Assembly: GCA_049580385.1 (NCBI GenBank)
Contig: JBAUPV010000030.1
Span: 769,974-833,973 of the forward strand
DNA length: 64,000 bases
From: Desulfobaccales bacterium
Lineage (GTDB): Bacteria; Desulfobacterota; Desulfobaccia; Desulfobaccales; 0-14-0-80-60-11
Direction: 5' to 3'
Position 1 is the first letter of the stretch; each line of letters begins with the position of its first letter. The notes below the pieces were generated by a model. The model saw nothing but the letters and a program-made list of their open reading frames with translations, was not told where the DNA came from and made no database searches. This document shows positions 25,274 through 32,901 of this stretch, in pieces. A program made the translations under genes and the position numbers.

Positions 25274-25292
25274 ATTCTCATATTATGAGAAT
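25274..25292. promoter_or_regulatory. Perfect 9+1+9 palindrome, candidate regulator binding site
   Basis: ATTCTCATA-T-TATGAGAAT sits in an AT-rich spacer, ~100 bp upstream of the -24-like box at 25165-25181. Confidence 0.3.
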
Positions 25293-25757
25293 TTCTTATC
25301 CGGAGAATTATAATCCAAGATTCCCACGCTGAATTGAATACACAGGCGGGGCGGCCCAGGCCACCCAGGCTTGGCAGCCTGGACCTCCGGCCTAGGTAAT
25401 CCTTAACCGAAGCATAATTTGCTCCCTCGTTGATCCCTTCTCACCCGTGTTTGGACCGGGGAGACAAGTAACGAGCGTTTGAGGACCTGGATAGGACATT
25501 TTGATGCGAATGGTGATAAAAGCGTCGCGAAGCGTCGCGAAAGCTTGGGTGCGCCCAACCACTGCCAATAACCGGGAAAAAAGAGGCGGGGCTATAATCC
25601 CCAGGTGCCCTTGACGGTCCGGCATGATATATTGCTACATTCAAAAGCGCCGGGGCGCCGGGGAACCAGGAGGGAACCCGGATTTGCCCGGAAGGATTTG
25701 GCTTTAAGACCGGCTGCCAGCCGGTCAGCCCCAGGTTGGGGAGGCGGGGGAGTACTC

Positions 25758-27209
25758 ATGTCGGCCAGGGAGAAGATCGACAAAATTCTGATCGCCAACC
25801 GCGGGGAGATCGCCCTGCGCATCATGCGCTCGGCCCAGGAACTGGGCCTCAAGGTGGTGGTCGTCTATGAAGAGACCGACAAGGACGCCTACCATATTAT
25901 GCATGCCGATGAGGCGGTGTGTATCGGCGCCGGCCCCAGGAAAGATTACCTGGATATCGGCAAGATTATCGAGGCGGCCAGAGAGACCGGGGCCCAGGCG
26001 ATCCACCCGGGCTACGGCTTTCTGGCGGAGAACGCCAATTTTCCCGAGGCCTGCCTCGACGCGGGCCTGGTGTTCGTAGGACCGCCTCCGGAGGTGATCC
26101 GCAATCTGGGGAGCAAGGTGGTCGCCCGCCAGATCGCCCAGGAGGCGGGAATCCCGGTGATTCCCGCCACTGCCAGCCTGACCCCGGGCCCTCCGGGGGA
26201 GCGGCAGGCCCTCGAATTCGCGGCGGCCCACGGCTATCCGTTGATGATCAAGGCAGTTTCCGGCGGCGGCGGCCGGGGGATTCGCCAGGCGGAGGATGAG
26301 AAACAACTGCTGGCCGGCCTGGAACGATCCCGGGCCGAGGCCCTGATGTCCTTCGGGGACCCGTCTATCTATCTGGAAAAGCAGATAAACCGGCCGCGGC
26401 ACGTGGAAGTGCAAGTCCTGGCCGACAATTACGGGAACGTTTTGCATCTCGGCACCCGTAACTGCTCTATCCAACGCCGCCACCAGAAACTCATAGAGGT
26501 CGCCCCTGCCGGGCTGGCTCCGGACCTGGTTGCGGAAATCTGCGCAGCCGCGGTGCGGGTCGTTAAGAATGCCGATTATCTCAGCGCCGGCACGGTGGAG
26601 TTTCTGGTGGAGCCCGAAGGGGCTTACTACTTCCTGGAAGTGAACACCCGGTTGCAGGTGGAGCACACCGTTACCGAGATGATCACCGGCATCGATCTAG
26701 TCCGGGAGCAGCTCCTCATCGCCATGGGCGAGCCCATCAGCTTCAGCCAGGAGCAGGTGGTGGAGCGCGGCTGTGCCATCGAATTGCGGATCAATGCCGA
26801 AGACCCTAAGAACGACTTTCTCTCCAGTCCCGGGGTGGTCCAGGTCTACCAGTCACCCGGCGGCCATGGGGTCCGGCTGGACGGGAGCATCTACCAGGGT
26901 TACGAAATTACCCCCTATTATGACTCCATGATGGTGAAGCTCACAGTCTACGGCTTCAATTGGCTGGAGGCGGTGGATCGCATGTCCCGGGCCCTTAATG
27001 GCTTCCTGATCATTGGGGTGAAGACCACCATCCCCTACTTTCAGCAGATCGTCCAGGAGCCGGACTTTATCGCCATGAAGCTGGATACCGCCTACATCGA
27101 AGAGCATCCGGAACTCCTCGATTATCGGGAAGAGGAACGCGAGGTGGACAAGGTCGCCCGTCTCATCGCCGAGATCAACGCCCATGGCAAGAACCCTTAT
27201 GCCCAGTAA
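25758..27209 (+). CDS. Biotin carboxylase (AccC/PycA/CfiB type)
   Basis: Trimmed to ATG 25758: MSAREKIDKILIANRGEIALRIMRSAQELG. It has the ATP-grasp motif GGGGRGIR and EVNTRLQVEHTVTE. Confidence 0.9.
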   Translation: MSAREKIDKILIANRGEIALRIMRSAQELGLKVVVVYEETDKDAYHIMHADEAVCIGAGPRKDYLDIGKIIEAARETGAQAIHPGYGFLAENANFPEACLDAGLVFVGPPPEVIRNLGSKVVARQIAQEAGIPVIPATASLTPGPPGERQALEFAAAHGYPLMIKAVSGGGGRGIRQAEDEKQLLAGLERSRAEALMSFGDPSIYLEKQINRPRHVEVQVLADNYGNVLHLGTRNCSIQRRHQKLIEVAPAGLAPDLVAEICAAAVRVVKNADYLSAGTVEFLVEPEGAYYFLEVNTRLQVEHTVTEMITGIDLVREQLLIAMGEPISFSQEQVVERGCAIELRINAEDPKNDFLSSPGVVQVYQSPGGHGVRLDGSIYQGYEITPYYDSMMVKLTVYGFNWLEAVDRMSRALNGFLIIGVKTTIPYFQQIVQEPDFIAMKLDTAYIEEHPELLDYREEEREVDKVARLIAEINAHGKNPYAQ

Positions 27210-27213
27210 AAAC

Positions 27214-27276
27214 GTTCAAAGTTCAAAGTTCAAAGTTCAAGGTTCAAGGTTCAAGGTTCAAGGTTCAAGGTTTAAC
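27214..27276. repeat. Tandem heptanucleotide array (9 units)
   Basis: GTTCAAA x3, GTTCAAG x5 and GTTTAAC x1 run head to tail in perfect register, starting 5 nt after the biotin carboxylase stop. Confidence 0.9.
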
Positions 27277-27280
27277 TCTA

Positions 27281-27335
27281 AGAACTCGAGACTCGGAACT
27301 GGGCGACCCAGCGAGTCGCCCCTATAACTCGAAAC
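27281..27335 (+). repeat. REP-like palindromic intergenic element, family A (copy 1)
   Basis: AACTCGAGACTCGGAAC-TGGGCGACCCAGCGAGTCGCCCC-TATAACTCGAAAC is an 8-bp-stem hairpin flanked by AACTCGAAAC-like motifs. The same unit occurs at 32750-32887 (x3) and inverted at 39250-39310. Confidence 0.7.
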
Positions 27336-27339
27336 TCTT

Positions 27340-29013
27340 ATGAGGCATGAATACATGGAGCCGCGCCTAAAAAAAGGTATGGAGCCGGCGGCCATCCTGG
27401 AGACCCTGCGAGGGGTGGATGGCTATTACCTCTGCAACAATGAGCGGGACGTCTCCCAGTCCGATTTCAAGAACCGGCAGATGCCCATGACCAGTGTGCG
27501 GGTGGCCTCCGCCCGCGAGGCCGCCGGTTTTTTCTCGGTGGAGGTGAGCGGCGGTGCCTCGGTGCACGTGGACCTGATGCGGCGCCAGGTGAATCCCTTC
27601 CAGCGGCTGCGCATCATCCGCAAGGCCATGCCCGGGACCCTGTTGCAGACGGTGGTGCGGGGTGCTTCCCTCTTCGGTTATCGCCATTATCCGGAAAAGG
27701 TCATCCGTCTGGTAGTCCGGGAGTTTGCCCGCTACGTGGACGTTTGGCGGGTTTATGATTTCCTCAACCATGTGCCCAACCTGATCCCGGTCTGTGAAGA
27801 GGTGCAACGGGCCGGGCGGCTGTTGATGCCCAGCATCTGCTTTTCCACCGGCAAGGAGCATACCGACGCCTACTACGTTGCCAAGGTGCGGGAGATCCTG
27901 GAGGTCACCGGCCCGGACGTTATCATCTCCATCAAGAATTACGCCGGATTGGGGACTCCCAAGCGCCTGGGCGAACTGGTGGCGGCCCTGAGCCAGGCCT
28001 TTCCGGGCATCATCCTGCACTATCATGGCTGCAACACCGACGGCAACGACATCGGCCGCATGAGCGCCGCCATTCTGGCGGGGGTGAAGATCGTGGATGT
28101 GGCGGACCATGGTTACGGCTCCATCTACGGCCAGGCGCCGGCCCTCACCCTGATCCAGGCCCTGGAGGACTACAACAAGAAGGCCGTGGGAGTGGATCTC
28201 CCCTCCCTCATCCAGTCGTCCAACCTGCTGCGCCAGGAGCGCAAGATTTATGAGCCCTTTGAGAGCCCTTTCCGGGGCCACGATCCCACCGTGGCCTACT
28301 ATAAACTTACCGGCGGGGCGCTGACCAGCGTCTTTGAACTGGCGGACCGCGGCGGTTTCCTGGAGCGAACCCCCGAGATTTTGGAGGAGCTGGCCCGGGT
28401 GCAGGTGGAGCTGGGGAACTGGTGGGCGGTAACCCCGGGCTCCACTATCCTCTGGACCACCGCCATGAATAACGTCCTCCATGGCCGGTACCAGCAGCCC
28501 TCCCTGGACTTGCAGAACGTGCTCCTGGGCCGCTATGGGCCGCTGCCTTTCTATGAGCCGGAGCCCTGGATCTATGAAAAAGTCCTGGAATACCAGCGCC
28601 ATGACGGCAAGAAATGGCAGCAGATCCTGGAGGAAGAGGGAGGCCTGGTTCCCCTGCCGGAACCAAACCTGGAGCGGGAGCGACTCATTTTACAGAAGGA
28701 ATTGGGACGTCCGGCCACCCCGGAGGACCTGGCCCTTTACCTGTTGTTTCCCTTTGATGCCTCGTCGTATTTCAAGTTTGAGGCCCGATACGGCAAGACC
28801 TGGCTGTTGCCGCCGGAAGCCTGGTTTCGCCGAGGGGGCTTTAAGGACGGGGAACACTTGAGCTTCACCGACGAATACGGGGTGCCCCATGATATCGAGG
28901 TCATCGCCACCCGGCGGGAAGGGGGCAACGTTCTCACCACCCTGCTGGCGGACCATATCTTGCGGACCTTCAGTGTCCCGGTGGAAGGCGGGAGTCCCGC
29001 GGCGGCCGTTTAG
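27340..29013 (+). CDS. Pyruvate/oxaloacetate/2-oxoglutarate carboxyltransferase-family protein (HMGL-like barrel + PYC_OADA-like region) lacking a biotinyl domain
   Basis: 557 aa. Motifs are ..ERDVSQS.. (cf. LRDAHQS), SIKNYAGLG (cf. KDMAG) and LHYHGCNTDG (HxH). No (A/E)MKM biotin-attachment motif is present anywhere. The start is uncertain (ATG 27340, 27355 or 27379). Confidence 0.75.
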   Translation: MRHEYMEPRLKKGMEPAAILETLRGVDGYYLCNNERDVSQSDFKNRQMPMTSVRVASAREAAGFFSVEVSGGASVHVDLMRRQVNPFQRLRIIRKAMPGTLLQTVVRGASLFGYRHYPEKVIRLVVREFARYVDVWRVYDFLNHVPNLIPVCEEVQRAGRLLMPSICFSTGKEHTDAYYVAKVREILEVTGPDVIISIKNYAGLGTPKRLGELVAALSQAFPGIILHYHGCNTDGNDIGRMSAAILAGVKIVDVADHGYGSIYGQAPALTLIQALEDYNKKAVGVDLPSLIQSSNLLRQERKIYEPFESPFRGHDPTVAYYKLTGGALTSVFELADRGGFLERTPEILEELARVQVELGNWWAVTPGSTILWTTAMNNVLHGRYQQPSLDLQNVLLGRYGPLPFYEPEPWIYEKVLEYQRHDGKKWQQILEEEGGLVPLPEPNLERERLILQKELGRPATPEDLALYLLFPFDASSYFKFEARYGKTWLLPPEAWFRRGGFKDGEHLSFTDEYGVPHDIEVIATRREGGNVLTTLLADHILRTFSVPVEGGSPAAAV

Positions 29014-29176
29014 ACGGCTGGTGAATCCTAAATGCCTCACCACCTGGACGCCCTAGGGGAAACGCCGGGAATTGCCGATGGCCCGAGGGGAGATTTTCTA
29101 GATACTGAAGGAGGCCCAGATCCTGGCTTCTCGGAGTTTAACCGGGTTGGCGAAAAGGTAGACAAAGGAGAAATCG

Positions 29177-29566
29177 ATGAGAACAAAAGTGGGTCTCTGG
29201 ATTGACCATAGAAAGGCTATTATCGTGGCTGTTACGGACAAGGGGGAAGAGATAGGACTGATCATATCGAATGTGGGAAAACAGCTCCGCCGTTCTGGTG
29301 ATTCACCCCTTAAGGGTCCCTATGAACCCGAGCAAGTACCGGCACAAGATAGCCGCCAGAGAAGGGTTACGGGACATCTCAACATTTACTACGATGCGGT
29401 AATTGCGTCTATTCGGGATGCAGAATCTATTCTGATATTTGGCCCGGGTGAAGCAAAGGGGGAACTGAAAAGGCGTCTTGAAAGAGACAACCTCGGTGGG
29501 CGCATCGTGGGTATTGAAACAGTCGACAAGATGACGGATCGTCAAATTGCTGCGAAAGTTCGATAG
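29177..29566 (+). CDS. Hypothetical protein
   Basis: 129 aa with AAAGGAGAA SD: MRTKVGLWIDHRKAIIVAV...ILIFGPGEAKGELKRRL. No motif recognised. Confidence 0.6.
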   Translation: MRTKVGLWIDHRKAIIVAVTDKGEEIGLIISNVGKQLRRSGDSPLKGPYEPEQVPAQDSRQRRVTGHLNIYYDAVIASIRDAESILIFGPGEAKGELKRRLERDNLGGRIVGIETVDKMTDRQIAAKVR

Positions 29567-29730
29567 CGCTTTTCAGCCTAGCGTCCGGGAATTAGCTAGA
29601 AAAGGAACCAGCGGCCCGCCGGAGGCAGGTCTGGACACCTTATCTAAAATTATGCAGCTACCTTGGCCCTGCAGTCGAAAATGGTTTTGGAGGCCTTCTC
29701 AACGAGTTTAACCCCGAAAACGTTTCCCTA

Positions 29731-29770
29731 TCTCAGGAATGAGGCCCAGAGATCGGCCTCATTCCTGAGA
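29731..29770. terminator. Perfect 16-bp-stem hairpin between convergent genes (probable bidirectional terminator)
   Basis: The sequence is TCTCAGGAATGAGGCC-(8 nt)-GGCCTCATTCCTGAGA. Confidence 0.6.
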
Positions 29771-29807
29771 TTTGACCGTTATTTTAAGGAGCCAGGTCTC
29801 GGCAGGT

Positions 29808-30257
29808 TTACTTAGCTGCCGCCGGCGCCGACTTCTTCTTCCTGCCTCCCTCTTTTCCAAATCCTCTATCTTTGGCCATCTGACTCCGCTTTGCCGAATA
29901 CTCCCTGCACACCAGAGGAAATTTCTTCGCATCAAGCCCAAATTGTTTAAGGTATTCTTTGGGCATTAACCCGTGGGCTTTCTTGAGATGTGCTTTCAAA
30001 GTCCGGCATTTCTTGCCGCACTCCAGACAGACCACAAATTTTTCCGTAACGATGTCTTTCAAAGGAATCGGCGGTTTTTTCACCAATGCGGTTGCTGGAG
30101 CAGAAGCCACGATCTCCGGAGCCATACCTGATTCCAGAGAAGACAAGACGCCATAGATCTCTTTAATTTCGTCGACTAATTCCTGGGTGGATAATTCGGT
30201 CATAGATGCATGGGAAATGATAACCTCTGCCGTTAACTTCAAAATCTCACTGGCCAT
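29808..30257 (-). CDS. Ros/MucR-family zinc-finger transcriptional regulator
   Basis: Trimmed to ATG 30257 (AAGGAG SD). The C-terminal CLECGKKCRTLKAHLKKAHGLMPKEYLKQFGL is the Ros/MucR DNA-binding domain. Confidence 0.85.
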   Translation of the reverse strand: MASEILKLTAEVIISHASMTELSTQELVDEIKEIYGVLSSLESGMAPEIVASAPATALVKKPPIPLKDIVTEKFVVCLECGKKCRTLKAHLKKAHGLMPKEYLKQFGLDAKKFPLVCREYSAKRSQMAKDRGFGKEGGRKKKSAPAAAK

Positions 30258-30716
30258 GGATTTTCTCCTTTCACCTTGGCATAATGGTTGAATCAATGTA
30301 ATGATGTTATTAATTTTATATGTTCGTTTTGTCAAGGCAGATATGCCAATATTTCGAAAAAAATAATTATATCATTGCTTTTTTTTGGAAAAACATTGGA
30401 ATAGAAGCTAAAGGCACGCACCAGACAATTCGGCTGCAAGGAAAAACCGGGTCTGACTCGTTGGGGTGCGCAAGTTAGGTTGAGAAGTAAGGGATTCTCC
30501 TGCAGGTAATCGGGGCGCTAATATCAGCCGGTAATATCCTGACGTCTATCCGGGGTCGCCTAAGGCGCAAATGCAGCTCGATTTTTTTCGGGCCCCATTA
30601 ACAATCGGCCTTGAGATGCAATCAAAGAAATTAAAGCGCAAAAAATTGCGCCAAGAATGGTCCGGACCAGACGCGGCGATTCAATCATTTCCATTATACG
30701 ATCAGGAGGGTTTACA

Positions 30717-31064
30717 ATGAGGGTGTGGAACAGAGGAATGGTGGCAGCCGTGATCATGGGCAGTCTCCTTTACGGCGGAATTCCGGCGCTCGCACAATCA
30801 ACGAACGATCCGGGCATCGACGCCCGGGAGCAACGCCAGCAATCGCGCATCCAACAAGGGATCAAGTCCAGCCAGTTGAGGCCGGGAGAAGCTAATCACC
30901 TGGAGGGCCAACAGGGACGGATCGATGCCACCGAGGACCGTTTGAAGGCCGACGGCAACCTTACAGGACGGGACCGGGCCAGACTGACCCGGATGCAGAA
31001 CCGGGCCAGCCGGAATATTTATCGGAAAAAGCACAACAACCGGACGGTTGCCAGCAGCAAATAA
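30717..31064 (+). CDS. Small secreted Gln/Arg-rich protein
   Basis: Trimmed to ATG 30717 (CAGGAGGG SD). MRVWNRGMVAAVIMGSLLYGGIPALA/QS is a signal peptide. Confidence 0.6.
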   Translation: MRVWNRGMVAAVIMGSLLYGGIPALAQSTNDPGIDAREQRQQSRIQQGIKSSQLRPGEANHLEGQQGRIDATEDRLKADGNLTGRDRARLTRMQNRASRNIYRKKHNNRTVASSK

Positions 31065-31093
31065 TTGCGGATAGAGCAGATGTCAGAACCAGC

Positions 31094-31119
31094 GGGGGGC
31101 TTCGGGCCCCCATTTTTTT
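31094..31119 (+). terminator. Rho-independent terminator
   Basis: A G-C stem around a C(UUCG)G tetraloop is followed by A-T7. Confidence 0.6.
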
Positions 31120-31230
31120 CCCGGGGAAGGGGGGCCCATCAGGCACGATTTATCGAGGGTTTCCGGGTTGTTTAAGAGTCTTCTATGATTATCTTATCAT
31201 CAACATAGGGCGCAAGGGCGCCGGCAATCC

Positions 31231-32682
31231 TTGCCCATGCCGGAAACCAGCTTGAATATCCTGATCATCGCCACCAACCGCAACCGCTTTCCGGCGCCGG
31301 TCCTTCCCTACGGCGCCTGCATGGTGGCTGAGGCGACCGCCGCGGCCGGGCATCGGGTGAGCTTTCTGGACCTCATGTTCCGGGCTGACCCGTTGCAGGC
31401 GGTGGCTGCGGCCTTGCGCAGTTTCCCTGCCGATGTCATCGGCCTGTCGGTCCGCAATCTGGACAATAACGACGCCCAGGCCCCGGTGGCATACGTCAGC
31501 CAATTGCTGGAGATTGGGGACACCCTGCGGAACCTGACGCGCGCCCCTCTGGTCCTGGGGGGCGCGGCCCTGGGGGTCATGCCCGAGGCGCTGTTGCGCT
31601 GCACCGGGGCGGCTGCAGCCGTTCTCGGGGACGGGGAGTCGGCCTTTCCCGCCCTGCTGCGGTCCTGGAACGGCGATCGTGGCGGTTTCCAGGCGGCGCC
31701 GCGGGTTGCCTGGTTGGACAACGGCCGCTTGCAGGTGAGCGCCGCTGACCGTGCCTCGCTGGGTTCCGCCAGCATCACGCCGCGATTTGAGCGCTGGCTG
31801 GACCCCAGGCCCTACCGGGCCAACCTGGCCGCCGCTCCTCTCCAATCCAAGCGCGGCTGTCCCTTTACCTGCACCTACTGCACGTACGGTATCAGTGAGG
31901 GCCGGGAATACCGGCTGGTCCCACCGGAGGAGGCCGCCGCGGCAGTGCAGCGCCTGGAGGGCAGGGGCTGGCGGGACGTCGAATTTGTGGATAATGTCTT
32001 CAACGCCCCCTATGATCACGCCCTGGAGGTGTGCGAGCATCTGGCTCGCCGGCGGACGCGGGTGCGGCTGCAAACCCTGGAGCTGAACCCGGCCTTCATC
32101 GACAAGAGACTGCTTAAGGCCATGGAGCGGGCCGGGTTCGTGGGATTGGGGGTCACGGCCGAGAGCGCCGCGGACCCGGTGCTGGCCGGCCTGCAGAAGG
32201 GCTTCCACCGCGGTCAGTTGGAGCAGGCCGCCGCGGCCATTCGCGGGAGTTTGCTCCCCGTTCTCTGGATGTACCTGCTGGGAGGCCCCGGGGAGACCCA
32301 GGAGACGGTGTCCGAGACCCTGGACTTTGCGCAACGCACCCTGAGGCCGGGAGACGTGGCCTACTTCAACGTGGGAATACGGATCTATCCGGGGACGGAG
32401 TTGGAGCGTCAGGCCCGCCGCCAGGGCGTCTTGGCCGCTTCTCAAGAGGAAATGCTGACCCCGGAATTCTATGTCGCCCCGGAATTGGACCTGCCGCAGA
32501 CCCTCTCCCTGCTCCGCCGGGCCGCGGCAGAGAACCTGAACCTGTTGCATTCGGCTTCCTTGAGCCATCCCTGGTTGCCGGCCGTCAGCCGCTGGTTTGG
32601 CCGGCTGCCGCTGACCAGACCGCTGTGGCGGCACACCCGGAGCATCCGCCGGGGATTGCGAATCCTGGGCCGGGATATCTGA
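31231..32682 (+). CDS. B12-binding-domain radical SAM enzyme
   Basis: 483 aa. The N-terminus is a B12-binding-like Rossmann fold (LNILIIATNR...GHRVSFLDL...DVIGLSV). The radical SAM motif is CPFTCTYC (CxxxCxxC). Confidence 0.85.
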   Translation: MPMPETSLNILIIATNRNRFPAPVLPYGACMVAEATAAAGHRVSFLDLMFRADPLQAVAAALRSFPADVIGLSVRNLDNNDAQAPVAYVSQLLEIGDTLRNLTRAPLVLGGAALGVMPEALLRCTGAAAAVLGDGESAFPALLRSWNGDRGGFQAAPRVAWLDNGRLQVSAADRASLGSASITPRFERWLDPRPYRANLAAAPLQSKRGCPFTCTYCTYGISEGREYRLVPPEEAAAAVQRLEGRGWRDVEFVDNVFNAPYDHALEVCEHLARRRTRVRLQTLELNPAFIDKRLLKAMERAGFVGLGVTAESAADPVLAGLQKGFHRGQLEQAAAAIRGSLLPVLWMYLLGGPGETQETVSETLDFAQRTLRPGDVAYFNVGIRIYPGTELERQARRQGVLAASQEEMLTPEFYVAPELDLPQTLSLLRRAAAENLNLLHSASLSHPWLPAVSRWFGRLPLTRPLWRHTRSIRRGLRILGRDI

Positions 32683-32749
32683 TGGGTGCTGAGGCGGGTG
32701 GGCCGCTCTTTTGAAGGGAGCGGTGTCCAGGGAGCCAGATTGAGACTCA

Positions 32750-32887
32750 GGGCGGACACCTGGGTCCGCCCCTACAACTCGAAACCCGATTGGGCGACCC
32801 AGCGGGTCGCCCCCACAACTGGAAACTGGGCGGGCCAGTCACAGGCTGGAAGCCTGTGCCACTGTCGCCCCGATAACTCGAAACCCA
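32750..32887 (+). repeat. REP-like element family A, three tandem units
   Basis: Unit 1 is GGGCGGACACCTGGGTCCGCCC-CTACAACTCGAAAC. Unit 2 is TGGGCGACCCAGCGGGTCGCCCC-CACAACTGGAAAC. Unit 3 is the longer hairpin GGGCGGGCCAGTCACAGGCT-GGA-AGCCTGTGCCACTGTCGCCC-CGATAACTCGAAAC. Confidence 0.75.
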
Positions 32888-32901
32888 AGTGAGAGGTGCT
32901 G

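Noticed and set aside
27214-27276. Heptamer arrays (also 50948-51012, 51261-51316, 39363-39390, 52771-52812) considered as CRISPR arrays
   Set aside because: The units are only 7 nt, contiguous and without spacers, and no cas genes are present. They are simple tandem repeats.
25725-28602. Minus-strand ORFs 25725..26666 (313 aa) and 27367..28602 (411 aa)
   Set aside because: They are antisense shadows of the biotin carboxylase and carboxyltransferase genes.
31189-32634. 481-aa minus-strand ORF
   Set aside because: It is antisense to the B12-radical-SAM gene, which carries the CxxxCxxC motif.
32683-32901. Possible cobalamin riboswitch between the B12-radical-SAM and PKS genes (GCCACTG present at 32868-32874; GGGAGCGGTG... 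upstream)
   Set aside because: The fragments are part of the REP hairpins. The B12-box-like pieces are not in the order or spacing of the riboswitch core. An Infernal search would be needed to exclude it formally.
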